Source: an uncultured Bifidobacteriaceae bacterium (GTDB lineage: Bacteria > Acidobacteriota > Vicinamibacteria > Vicinamibacterales > CAVVIG01). From it: a stretch of 61,958 bases of DNA. The stretch is taken from contig CAZOIK010000267.1 in assembly GCA_964579765.1 (NCBI GenBank), positions 1-61,958 of the forward strand, in the 5' to 3' direction. The number at the start of each line of letters is the position of its first letter. Position 1 is the first letter of the stretch. Under the pieces are notes generated by a model, which worked only from the letters and a program-made list of their open reading frames with translations, was not told the origin of the DNA and searched no databases. Positions 26,890-35,747 of the stretch are shown here, piece by piece. Both the position numbers and the translations under genes were made by a program.

Positions 26890-27357
26890 ATGCAGGCGTT
26901 TCGTGCAGAACCGCTCGTGATCGTTCGCGAATCCTCGGATTCTCGTGTTCGTCCGACGGTCCGATTCGTGCACTTTTCCGGCACTGAGATACTCGTGAAT
27001 CTCGAATATTTCAGACGGCGACTCGAGGACATCGAAGCCGAGCTTCTTCGGAAGCGCGAACGCGCTGTCGCGCAGGCCCCTCGCACGAGCGAAGGCGACG
27101 TCGCCGACTCCGGCGATCGCGCGGTCGTCGACGAGCTGAAGGACGAGTACTTCGCGTTCACGGAAGCAGACCTCGAAATCCTCGTGCAGGTCCGCGCCGC
27201 GCTCAGGCGCATCGACGATGGGACGTTCGGGTTATGTGCCGTCGATGGCCGGCCCATCGACGAGAAGCGCCTCGAGGCCCAGCCATGGACGCCCTATTGC
27301 CTGCAGCACCAGCGGGAACTCGAAGAGCGGCAGCGAGTGCGGACGCCGACGCTGTAG
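26890..27357 (+). CDS. DksA/TraR-family protein with degenerate zinc finger
   Basis: C-terminal part of track ORF 26287..27357. Coiled-coil region ...EYFRRRLEDIEAELLRK...EADLEILVQVRAALRRIDDGTFGLCAVDGRPIDEKRLEAQPWTPYCLQHQ. The start is uncertain (ATG 26890 or GTG 26995). Confidence 0.6.
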   Translation: MQAFRAEPLVIVRESSDSRVRPTVRFVHFSGTEILVNLEYFRRRLEDIEAELLRKRERAVAQAPRTSEGDVADSGDRAVVDELKDEYFAFTEADLEILVQVRAALRRIDDGTFGLCAVDGRPIDEKRLEAQPWTPYCLQHQRELEERQRVRTPTL

Positions 27358-27358
27358 T

Positions 27359-27621
27359 TCAGTACTCGGCAAAGACCTCGTCGTTGTAGCAGTACAGCAG
27401 CGCTCACCCGGCTCCGCCGACGCGATCACCGGATGATGGCTCGAGCGGGCGTGCTTGCTCGCGCGTTTATTGGGCGAGGAGTCACAGCACAGCGTCACGC
27501 CGCATGCCTGGCAAGTCCGCAGATGAACCCACGGATCGCCGGTCCTCATACACGCTTCGCAGACGTGGACGCGCGGCGGCTTAACCGTCGAGAGGTTTTC
27601 GATGTCGGCACACGCAGCCAT
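27359..27621 (-). pseudogene. UBP-type zinc-finger protein with a 1-nt frameshift near the 3' end
   Basis: CEACMRTGDPWVHLRTCQACGVTLCCDSSPNKRASKHARSSHHPVIASAEPGER, then the frame is lost. The -1 frame continues LYCYNDEVFAEY*, the expected family ending, stopping at 27359-27361. The present ORF instead reads on to 27232. Confidence 0.65.
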
Positions 27622-27657
27622 GCTGCGGGCCTGTGCATAAAAGCGCACCTGCGCAGC

Positions 27658-27671
27658 GGCTCACTGATTGC
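27658..27671 (+). promoter_or_regulatory. weak sigma54-like element upstream of the TrxR-like relic
   Basis: GGCTCA-CTGA-TTGCG with correct spacing, but only 15 nt from the ATG at 27686. Confidence 0.3.
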
Positions 27672-27685
27672 GCCACGCGAGCGTT

Positions 27686-28480
27686 ATGGCCGACGAGTCT
27701 CCGCCCACGCCGCCGAACGTCGTCAAGGTGCTCGGCAGGACCGCCTCGCCGCCGTGCTACGCGATACGCGACTTCCTCTACCGCAACGACGCGCCCTTCG
27801 AATGGATCGAAGTGAACAACCCCGACGCGCCGATGCCCGTGTGCGTGTTTGCGGACGGAACCCGGCTCGAGCGGGCCGACGTTCAGCGCATCAGCGACAA
27901 GCTGGGATGGTTTCACGACGTATCCCGGTCGGAATACGACGTCGCGATTTACGGCGCGGGACCGGCCGGGCTGAGCGTCGCCGTCTACGCTGCCTCCGAG
28001 GGATTGAAGACCGTCGTCGTCGAACGATGGGCGATCGGTGGACAGGCCGGCAGCAGTCCAAAGATAGAGAACTACCTGGGGTTTCCCCAAGGCATCAGCG
28101 GCGCGGAGCTGGCGGAGCGGGCGCGGGAACAGGCGTGCGCGTTTGGCGCAGAGACTCTGATCGCGCGCGAAGGAGTTCGAGGCGAGTTCACGGCGGGCAA
28201 GCGTGTCGGCTATCTCGCCGACGGCACGAAGGTCGTCGCACGGGCGGCGATTTGCGCGACCGGCATCGACTACCACCGGCTGAGCGTGCCGAACGAGGAG
28301 AACCTCCGGGGCGCGGGCGTCTACTACGGCGCAGGTGCGAGCGAAGCGCAGCTGTGCATCGGCCTCCCGTCGTCATCGCCGGCGGCGGCAATTCCGCGGC
28401 GCAGGCCACGCTGCACTTCTCGAAGTACTCACCACATGTCACGCTCGTGGTTCGCGGCAGCGGACTCAAGGATATGGTCG
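27686..28480 (+). pseudogene. glutaredoxin-like + thioredoxin-reductase-like flavoprotein, frameshifted (~28362) and 3'-truncated (~28480)
   Basis: Frame 1: VKVLGRTASPPCYAIRDFLYRNDAPFEWIEV...YDVAIYGAGPAGLSVAVYAA...GAGASEAQLCIG. Frame 2 continues PPVVIAGGGNSAAQATLHFSKYSPHVTLVVRGSGLKD. After that the similarity ends; the NADPH domain and C-terminus are missing. Confidence 0.7.
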
Positions 28481-28569
28481 ACAATCAGATCGTAGCCATC
28501 CGGATTCAGAAACCGCTGAAGCAGCTGAACCTGATCAACCGAATCGTCGATGACGAGGGCGCGAGGCAT
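28426..28569 (-). pseudogene. relic of a second response-regulator gene (first ~27 codons only)
   Basis: The ATG overlaps the upstream TAA by 1 nt (TAATG). MPRALVIDDSVDQVQLLQRFLNPDGYDLIV is a typical receiver N-terminus. It then runs into antisense TrxR-like sequence and stops. Confidence 0.55.
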
Positions 28570-29048
28570 TACGCGCGTCCTTCTACACATGCGGTGTCGT
28601 GATTGCGGCTGATGCGTCCGGTGGTCGCCAGCGACACCGCTTCAAGCAGTCCGTTGATCGTGCAGGGCTTGTCGAGGAAGGCTTCGTCCTCCCACAGCAT
28701 GGCGCGGTCTGCAAACAAACGATCGCTGAAGCCAGTCAGGTACAGCACCTTCAAGGCTGGATCGTCCCGCCGAAGCAGCCGCGCAAGTTCGTCGCCGTTC
28801 ATGTGCGGCATCTGCAGGTCCGTCAGCAGCAAATCGATTCCGTCGATTTCGTGGACCAGTCGAAGCGCCTCCTCGGCGCCAGCCGCGCTCCATGTGGTGA
28901 CACCTGCCCCATTCAGCACTTGTTGCACAAACTTACGCACAGGCTCCTCGTCGTCGACAACGAGCACTCTGAGCGGGTGCCGCTCGAATGCCTGCGAATG
29001 TCGAGTCGACGCGACGACCATCGACAGGGTCCGCGACAGTGACATCAT
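28569..29048 (-). CDS. single-domain CheY-like response regulator
   Basis: LRVLVVDDEEPVRKFV...IDLLLTDLQMPHMNGDEL...KVLYLTGF...FLDKP. Start at MMSLSR (29048/29045). Confidence 0.85.
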   Translation of the reverse strand: MMSLSRTLSMVVASTRHSQAFERHPLRVLVVDDEEPVRKFVQQVLNGAGVTTWSAAGAEEALRLVHEIDGIDLLLTDLQMPHMNGDELARLLRRDDPALKVLYLTGFSDRLFADRAMLWEDEAFLDKPCTINGLLEAVSLATTGRISRNHDTACVEGRA

Positions 29049-29292
29049 GTGAGTCTCTCGATCAGCGTTCCACAATCGAGGCACTCGCGAACGCTGGCCA
29101 CAAGTGCTTCCTTTCGTACGGGGCTTCCGCCCGACACAGCAGGATGTGTGCCACGTCGGTTGCCGCCGGCAGGAAGACATTTCATGAAAGGAAGCGGACT
29201 CCTCCGGGTTGTTTTCCCCAAGGCGCGGGAATTATTCGCGGCGCATCCAGGCCGCGCCATGCGCTCAAGGCCCAAAATCGGCCTTTCGGCGA

Positions 29293-29307
29293 TGGCACCG
29301 CGGTTGC
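29293..29307 (+). promoter_or_regulatory. sigma54 -24/-12 promoter for the hybrid kinase gene
   Basis: TGGCAC-CGCGG-TTGCC. It is identical at 17 of 18 positions to the promoter at 25673-25690. Confidence 0.7.
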
Positions 29308-29320
29308 CCTGCACGGGCCC

Positions 29321-32155
29321 ATGACCGTGTCGTTCCCACCTGCTCGCAGTCTTATGCGCGAACCCGTGTTCGGCGAATCGGCTGCCGGCGGCGGCCCGAC
29401 TGGCGATCGAGAGGCAAGCGCTCGTCGCCAGCGGGTGCGTGAGATGGCTCCTGACGATCCGCTGGACGTTCTGCTCGTCGATGACGGCTTGACCGCAGTC
29501 CTGCTCACCGAGGCGGCCCTGGCGCAGCAGGGCCGGTTCCGGTTGCGGCGTAGCAAGAGACTTGGCGAGGCGCTGGAGCTGCTCTCGAAGGCGCATTTTG
29601 ACGTGGTGCTTCTCGCCCTGGGTTTGCCGGACAGCCAGGGACTACGCACTCTGCAAACACTGCGGCACAAGAATCCGAAAGTTGCTGTCGTCGTGCTCAC
29701 CGAGAAGGACGACGAGGAGTTGTCGCTGCGGGCGCTTCAGGAAGGAGCGAACGACTATCTGGTGAAAGGGCCGGCAGCCACCGAGCAACTGAACCGGGCG
29801 ATCCGCTACGCCGTCGAGCGCGCCAAGAGCGACGAGGCGCTTCGGCAGAGCGAGGAAGTGTTCCGCGGAGCCTTCGAGAACACCAAGGTATCAATGGCCC
29901 TCGCGGGGCTGGACAATCGGTTCCTCCGCGTGAACGAGGCCTTTTCGCTTATGTTCGGCCATTCCAAGGAGGAAATGCTGCGGTTGTCCGTCGCCGACAT
30001 CACGTACCCCGATGACCTGGCCGAGAGCTACGCCTACAGGGAGCGGCTGCTTACCGGAGAGGGCCAGTTCTTCCAGATGGAAAAGCGGTTTCTCCACAGT
30101 GAAGGCCATGTCGTTTGGGGCTTGACGAACATTTCCCTGGTGCGGGGAACGTCCGACGAGCCGATCTACTACGTCGTGCAAGTGCAGGATGTGACGCAGC
30201 GGAAACTGGCCGAGGAGTCCCTGCGGAAGCGAGAGGAGCAAATCCGACTTCTGCTGGACTCGACGGCCGAGGCGATTTATGGAATCGACATGCACGGCAA
30301 CTGCACGCTTTCCAACCGGGCCTGCGCCCAGTTGCTCGGGTACGAGAGCGCTGACGACCTGCTCGGCAAGCACATGCACAACCTCATGCATCATACGAAG
30401 CCGGACGGCACGCCGAACCCCGAAGAGGGATGCCGCATCTATCAAGCGTTCCGGCGGGGAGAAGGGACGCATGTGGACGACGAACTCTTTTGGCGATCGG
30501 ACGGGACCAGCTTCCCCGCCGAATATTTCTCGTACCCGATCAAGCAGGGGGACAACCTCATCGGTTCGGTGGTGACGTTCCTGGACATCAGTGAGCGAAA
30601 GCACGCGGAAGAGAGTGCGCGCACGTTGGCTGCGGAGCGCAACCATCTCCTGGGACAACTCCGTTTGCAGATTGAACGGATGCCCCTTGTCTATCTCCTC
30701 TTCGACGCCGACTTTCGGATCACTGACTGGAATCCGGCGGCGCAACGGACCTTTGGATACACCAGAGAGGAGGCCCGCGGTAAGCAGCCCAACGAGCTGA
30801 TTCCGCCGTCGTTCCATCAGGATGCGGCGAGGATCCTCGAGCGCATTCGGGCGGGGGACATGGCGGCCCACTCCGTCAATGAGAACCTGACGAAAGACGG
30901 TCGAACGATCACCTGCGAGTGGTTCAACACGCCACTCTTGGCGGATGACGGGCGATTTGGCGGGTTGCTTTGCCTCGGGAGGGATGTCACAGACCAAAAG
31001 ACATTGCAGGCGCAGTTTCAGCAGGCGCAGAAGATGGAGGCGATCGGCCAACTGGCGGGTGGCGTGGCCCATGACTTCAACAACCTGCTCACGATCATTT
31101 CCGGCTACAGTGAGATGCTGCTCGCCACGCTGGGGGCGAGCGACCCGATGCGGGAGTCTGTCAAGGAAATCAGCGAAGCCGGTCATCGAGCCGCCTCGCT
31201 CACCCGCCAATTGCTCGCCTTCAGCCGGAAGACGGTCCTGGAGCCGAAGGTTCTTGACCTGAACGAGACCGTCCGTGAAACCGAGAAGTTTCTGCGGCGG
31301 CTGATCGGCGAGGACGTGTTGCTCACTGGCGTGCTCGATCCGAACATCAGTCGAGTGAAGGTCGACCCTGGCCAGTTGGGACAGGTGTTGATGAATCTGG
31401 CCGTCAACGCCCGTGACGCCATGCCCAGGGGCGGGACGCTTACGGTGGAAACCCGTAACGTCGAACTGGATCACGAATACTCACGCCTTCGCCCCGAACT
31501 CAAGCCGGGCCGCTACGTCCTGCTGTCGATCACCGACACCGGTAGCGGCATGACCGCGGACGTGAAGGCCAAGATTTTTGAGCCGTTCTTCACGACGAAG
31601 GGGGTCGGCAAGGGGACCGGGCTGGGGCTCGCGGTCGTCCTCGGCATCGTCAGGCAAAGCGGAGGGCACGTCGAAGTCGACAGCGAGCCTGAAGTTGGCA
31701 CCACGTTCAAAATCTACTTCCCAGCCGTGGAAGAACAGGTTTCCCCAACCAGAGGACTTGACGGCGGCAGGGATCCGCGGGGCACCGAGACGGTCCTGCT
31801 GGTCGAGGACGAGAACGGCGTGCGTGGACTGGCGGCGCTCGTGCTGCAAAGCTACGGCTACAAGGTGTTGACGGCGGGCAACGGCGTGGAAGCCGTCGAG
31901 GCCGTCGAGAAGCACCGGGGCGGGATCGACCTGGTGGTGACCGACGTCGTGATGCCCGGCATGGGCGGGCCGGACTTAGCGGAAGGCGTGCAGTCCCGTT
32001 TCCCCCAGGTGCGAGTGCTGTTCACAAGCGGGTACACGGACGACGCCGTAGTGCGGCACGGCCTCCTGTCCGAGAAGGTTGCCTTCCTTCAGAAGCCGTA
32101 CTCGCCCCTTGCGCTCGTCAGGAAAGTGCGGCACGTGTTGGACGAGCGTCGATAG
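29321..32155 (+). CDS. hybrid sensor histidine kinase/response regulator (REC-PAS-PAS-PAS-HisKA-HATPase_c-REC)
   Basis: DVLLVDDGLTAV... receiver, three PAS-like blocks, H-box GGVAHDFNNLLTII, N/G boxes NLAVNARDAM and GTGLGLAVV, and the C-terminal receiver TVLLVEDENGVRGL...VVTDVVMPGMGG. The start is uncertain: given the promoter at 29293, ATG 29354 or 29444 may be the real start. Confidence 0.9.
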   Translation: MTVSFPPARSLMREPVFGESAAGGGPTGDREASARRQRVREMAPDDPLDVLLVDDGLTAVLLTEAALAQQGRFRLRRSKRLGEALELLSKAHFDVVLLALGLPDSQGLRTLQTLRHKNPKVAVVVLTEKDDEELSLRALQEGANDYLVKGPAATEQLNRAIRYAVERAKSDEALRQSEEVFRGAFENTKVSMALAGLDNRFLRVNEAFSLMFGHSKEEMLRLSVADITYPDDLAESYAYRERLLTGEGQFFQMEKRFLHSEGHVVWGLTNISLVRGTSDEPIYYVVQVQDVTQRKLAEESLRKREEQIRLLLDSTAEAIYGIDMHGNCTLSNRACAQLLGYESADDLLGKHMHNLMHHTKPDGTPNPEEGCRIYQAFRRGEGTHVDDELFWRSDGTSFPAEYFSYPIKQGDNLIGSVVTFLDISERKHAEESARTLAAERNHLLGQLRLQIERMPLVYLLFDADFRITDWNPAAQRTFGYTREEARGKQPNELIPPSFHQDAARILERIRAGDMAAHSVNENLTKDGRTITCEWFNTPLLADDGRFGGLLCLGRDVTDQKTLQAQFQQAQKMEAIGQLAGGVAHDFNNLLTIISGYSEMLLATLGASDPMRESVKEISEAGHRAASLTRQLLAFSRKTVLEPKVLDLNETVRETEKFLRRLIGEDVLLTGVLDPNISRVKVDPGQLGQVLMNLAVNARDAMPRGGTLTVETRNVELDHEYSRLRPELKPGRYVLLSITDTGSGMTADVKAKIFEPFFTTKGVGKGTGLGLAVVLGIVRQSGGHVEVDSEPEVGTTFKIYFPAVEEQVSPTRGLDGGRDPRGTETVLLVEDENGVRGLAALVLQSYGYKVLTAGNGVEAVEAVEKHRGGIDLVVTDVVMPGMGGPDLAEGVQSRFPQVRVLFTSGYTDDAVVRHGLLSEKVAFLQKPYSPLALVRKVRHVLDERR

Positions 32156-32654
32156 TTGGAGAAGGCGCGCGTTTTGGGGGTGGTTTGCCCGCGAAGAATT
32201 GGGTCGGAGCCGTCAGTGACTGTAGCGTGGTTGGAGAACGACAATTCCTACACCTGACTATCGAACGATCATTTGGGCATCGAGTGAAATGTCGCTGCTC
32301 GAAGCGCAGAATGTGGCGGGGTTACACGCACTTCCGACACTCAGCTCGTGGTTGCCGCGCGATTATCGATCACTCGAGTTGTGACAGCTTCGGCCCTTCG
32401 TCGCGTGTGAGCTCAACGTTAGTATCGGGTCAGATTGGAAATGGACTGTGCAGGTTACTACTCGAAAACGCCGATACGTTTAGGAATCGTACGCACCGCG
32501 ATTCTCGGTGGGACCAGTCCCCCAGTCCGTTTTTGCGCGTTTTTCAGCGCATGTCACCTCGCGCCAGCCCATTCGAAAACCCGTGTGAATGTTGATAGTT
32601 TTCGCGCTCTGGCTGTTTCACGCGCGTTCACGACCATCCACCCTACACCGCGAT

Positions 32655-32676
32655 TGTGTTACCACTGTGTTACCAC
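32655..32676. repeat. perfect tandem duplication of the 11-mer TGTGTTACCAC
   Basis: Read directly: tgtgttaccac tgtgttaccac. Confidence 0.85.
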
Positions 32677-32687
32677 AGAACAGCCGG

Positions 32688-32752
32688 TCAAAGGGTCGGA
32701 TCGGCGCACCTGAGTGTCATTCAGAGGGTCGTGAGGCACAGTCAGAGGGTCG
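32688..32752. repeat. three direct iteron-like repeats TCARAGGGTCG
   Basis: Copies at 32688 (tcaaagggtcgg), 32721 (tcagagggtcgt) and 32742 (tcagagggtcgg), spaced 33 and 21 bp. Confidence 0.75.
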
Positions 32753-32878
32753 GGACATCGCCGCGGTGGGCGCCGGCGAAACGGACCGCGAGATCGGCGG
32801 ACGCCGCGGACCTTCATCAGTTCCTCGATCTTATTTTTGAGGATGATCGGCTCAATGTTTATGCGGGTAAACTCGAAG

Positions 32879-32929
32879 TGCGCCCACCAGCTGCGCCCAC
32901 CACTATGGGCCGATCTAGGAGATCGGGCC
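32879..32929. repeat. direct repeat TGCGCCCACCA x2 followed by the palindrome GGCCGATCT-AGG-AGATCGGGCC
   Basis: Read directly: repeats at 32879-32889 and 32892-32902, palindrome at 32908-32929. Confidence 0.65.
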
Positions 32930-33110
32930 AACGTGGAAGGCCCTTGGCGGCGTCTGGGTCGTGGCCCGCAATACGCTGGGGCGCCGGCACCCTTAGGTCC
33001 TGTTGGCGAGCAGCCCGAGTCGTGCGAGGAAGGCGAGACGATCTCCAGTGGCGAGCGGTAGACTGGCGGGCATCTACCGCCACCGTGAACCCTGAGTCTT
33101 CGAAGGACCT

Positions 33111-35708
33111 ATGGCGACAGCCAGTGCAGGAGAAGTCTATCGGGACATTCTGGAGTGGGGAGCCACGCTTCCTCTGTGGCAGCAAGAGCTTCTGCGTCGC
33201 GTCCTCCCCGAACGTGACCTAACCGTTGCCCAAATCGAAGAACTCGCGGCGGCTGCCGTGTCGGAAAGCGAGCAGCAGCCGTCTGCGTACGCGCCTCTTT
33301 CCCTTGCGGATCTCCCCGCTACGGCTTCAGTTCTTGACGCACGAGTACTCCTCGGCATAAGCAAGGTCCGGAGCGTCAACGCGCTGCGCTCTGATCAGCA
33401 CCTGACATTTGGACCGCAGCTGACGATCGTCTACGGCGACAACGGTTCCGGTAAATCGGGATACGCCCGGGTGCTGAAGAAGGTGTATCGCGCTCGAGTG
33501 GTTGACGACATCCTGGGCAATCTCGGCTCCGAGCAGCCTTCGCTTGACCCGTGCGCGGCGACATTCAGTACTAAAGGTGCTGATGGCGCCGCGGTTCTCG
33601 CCGAATGGCTGGACGGCAAGCCGCTCGAGAACGTCGGGCGCTTTGCTGTACTCGACACGGCCTGTGCGGGCACGTACCTCCGCGGAGGCGCCCTCGCGGT
33701 TGGTCCGTCCGGAATCGACGTCCCTCGGCGGTTCACCGAGGAACTTGACCGCGTCAAGAACCACATCGTGCGCCTGATGGCAGCGTCCGCTCCGAACAAG
33801 ACAGCACTCCAGCGTTTCGAGAATGACACTGAGGCCGGCCGGTTCGTCAAGGGCCTCTCGTCTGCCACAGCCGACGCAACCGTTGCGGCCTTCGAGACCT
33901 GGACCGAGGACGACGCGCAAAAGCTGCGTGAGTCCGAGCGTGCTATCGCCGAGGGGAAGGCGCAGGCGCCATCCGCGCGGCGTGCACAGATGAGGGCTCG
34001 GCTCAGGGCATTGGAGTCAATTCATTCGCGCTTAACCATGTGGCGCGACGCGGTCAACGACACCGCCATCGCCGCGGACCTTACAGCCGTGAAGGCTCTC
34101 GACGAAGCCGATGCAGTTCTGCGGGCGGTCCAGACGGTCGAAGATAAAGCGGTGCGAGGTGAGTTCGTGCAAGGAGCGCCATGGCTTCAGCTCCTCGCTG
34201 CCGCCGCCCAGTTCGTTAGCGCCCTGCCCGCGCACACGCAGGTAATGGCGCCGCTGTCGCTAGATGGCCGCTGCGTTTTGTGCTGGCAACCGCTCGACGA
34301 CGCAGCGCAGAAGCGCATGCAACGCTTTCAAGGGCACCTCGAAGGAACGGCCGTTAAGGCGCAGATGAGCGCGGCGGCGACAGTAACGGCGGCGATCTCA
34401 CGTGTCAACGGCATCCCCGATGCCCTGACGCCGGAGGATGAAGCTGTCCTAAACACAGCCCCTGGTGTCCTGTCGACCGTAAACGAGTCGCTGGCCGCCA
34501 TTCGTGGACGCCGGGACGCGGCTCGGACTCTCCTCAATACGCGAACGCCGCCCGTGAGCCTTCCCGCCCTAGACGACGCCGCGCTCGAATCGCTCCGGCA
34601 CGCGACCGACGCCGTGAAGACCGACCTCGCGGCGTTGCCAGCGACCGACGCTGATGCGCAGGGTCAACTGCAGGCGCTTGAGCGGATAGTGCTCGAACTG
34701 ACGACCCGGCGGTCGGTGGCTGAGTCGATCGCTTCCGTGCGCACCTTCATCGCGATGACACGGGAGCGTCAGCGGCTTGCCCAGGCGGAGCGTGCCATAA
34801 ACACGCGGGCCGCCTCCGTGAAGGCGTCGGACCTGCACAAGAAGCACATGACCACGCGCTACGCGGAACTCGTCAACGACGAACTCCGTGATCTGCGGTT
34901 CAGGCGCCGTCGGCCCATCCTCGCACAGGCAACTAACAAGGGCACCGTGCAGGTGACTCCTCTGGTCAGCGCCGAACTCTCACACATTCCGGCGGAAAAG
35001 GTATTCAGTGAGGGCGAGCGCACAGCGATTGCACTCGCCTGCTTCTTGGCGGAGCTGAGCGTCGGTGATGATCCGTCGGGACTCATTTTCGATGACCCGG
35101 TTTCTTCCCTGGACCATAACGTTCGCGAGCACCTCGCTCGCAGGCTGGTCGCGGCGGCGAAGACTCGCCAAGTGATCGTCTTCACTCACGACCTGGCCTT
35201 CCTGGCGGACCTGCGCGAGCAGGCCAAGAAAATCCAAGTCGTTGAATGCGCATTCCGTACGCTGACTGCGACCGACTACGATGCCGGGTTCGTTGAGGAC
35301 GAAGAGCCGTTCGGCGCTCGCGCCGGCGCAAAGCGTATAAAAGCGCGCCGGCCGCTGCTGGCCGAGATCGAGCGCGCCGCGAAGGCAGGCGAAATGGTCG
35401 CGTTCCGGCTCAACAGTAAGGATTTCTACGAACGGCTGCGCAGCACCTGGGAACGCTTCATCGAGGAGCGTCTCTTCGCTACCGTCGTCCAGCGCCTCGA
35501 GCGGAACGTCACCGCTGGCGCGCTGTCGAAGGTGGCTTATACCCCAGAGCTCGGCGAAAAGGTTCACGAGGGTTGGCGGCGCTGCTCAAACGCCCTCGAA
35601 GCCCACGACCACGCACCGGGGGCGGGCGGGCAAAGCTATTCGGTCGAGGATATGAAGGCGGATTTCCAGTGGCTCCTCGATGTCGAAGCGGCAACCCCCA
35701 AGACCTGA
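33111..35708 (+). CDS. RloC-like AAA_13-family ATPase (Rad50/SMC-like head, long coiled coil with CxxC hook, candidate anticodon-nuclease C-terminal domain)
   Basis: SD AAGGA plus ATG at 33111. Walker A YGDNGSGKSG (aa 108-117). About 500 aa of Ala/Leu/Arg/Glu-rich helical insert with GRCVLCWQPL (C388/C391) near its midpoint. Signature-like FSEGERTAI, Walker B/D-loop GLIFDDPVSSLD, H-loop VIVFTHD. The C-terminal ~160 aa carry RSTWERFIEERL ... WRRCSNALEAHDH. Confidence 0.75.
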   Translation: MATASAGEVYRDILEWGATLPLWQQELLRRVLPERDLTVAQIEELAAAAVSESEQQPSAYAPLSLADLPATASVLDARVLLGISKVRSVNALRSDQHLTFGPQLTIVYGDNGSGKSGYARVLKKVYRARVVDDILGNLGSEQPSLDPCAATFSTKGADGAAVLAEWLDGKPLENVGRFAVLDTACAGTYLRGGALAVGPSGIDVPRRFTEELDRVKNHIVRLMAASAPNKTALQRFENDTEAGRFVKGLSSATADATVAAFETWTEDDAQKLRESERAIAEGKAQAPSARRAQMRARLRALESIHSRLTMWRDAVNDTAIAADLTAVKALDEADAVLRAVQTVEDKAVRGEFVQGAPWLQLLAAAAQFVSALPAHTQVMAPLSLDGRCVLCWQPLDDAAQKRMQRFQGHLEGTAVKAQMSAAATVTAAISRVNGIPDALTPEDEAVLNTAPGVLSTVNESLAAIRGRRDAARTLLNTRTPPVSLPALDDAALESLRHATDAVKTDLAALPATDADAQGQLQALERIVLELTTRRSVAESIASVRTFIAMTRERQRLAQAERAINTRAASVKASDLHKKHMTTRYAELVNDELRDLRFRRRRPILAQATNKGTVQVTPLVSAELSHIPAEKVFSEGERTAIALACFLAELSVGDDPSGLIFDDPVSSLDHNVREHLARRLVAAAKTRQVIVFTHDLAFLADLREQAKKIQVVECAFRTLTATDYDAGFVEDEEPFGARAGAKRIKARRPLLAEIERAAKAGEMVAFRLNSKDFYERLRSTWERFIEERLFATVVQRLERNVTAGALSKVAYTPELGEKVHEGWRRCSNALEAHDHAPGAGGQSYSVEDMKADFQWLLDVEAATPKT

Positions 35709-35747
35709 CGCGGGCAAGCGCTTGCTTCCACAGAAACGGAGTTGCTG

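Noticed and set aside
28988-29320. N-terminal extension of the hybrid kinase ORF, and the N-terminal 263 aa of ORF 19064..20425.
   Set aside because: Both extensions overlap other genes (the CheY-like gene on the opposite strand, the HdeD-like gene in another frame). They also contain the predicted sigma54 promoters, and the real starts lie downstream.
32185-33222. Small ORFs in the 32.2-33.1 kb spacer (32185..32595, 32435..32713, 32589..32840, 32656..33222, 32659..32931(-), 32859..33185(-)).
   Set aside because: They mutually overlap, have odd composition and no motifs or ribosome-binding sites. The region is better explained as repeat-rich non-coding DNA. I looked for integrase C-terminal motifs (HxLRH...Y) in all frames and found none.
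35712-35726. The sigma54-like GGCAAG-CGC-TTGC, and a GG...GC element at 24186-24218.
   Set aside because: The GG-to-GC spacing is one nucleotide too short in both. The first is better described as a 12-bp perfect palindrome GCAAGCGCTTGC just after the RloC-like stop codon, of unknown significance.
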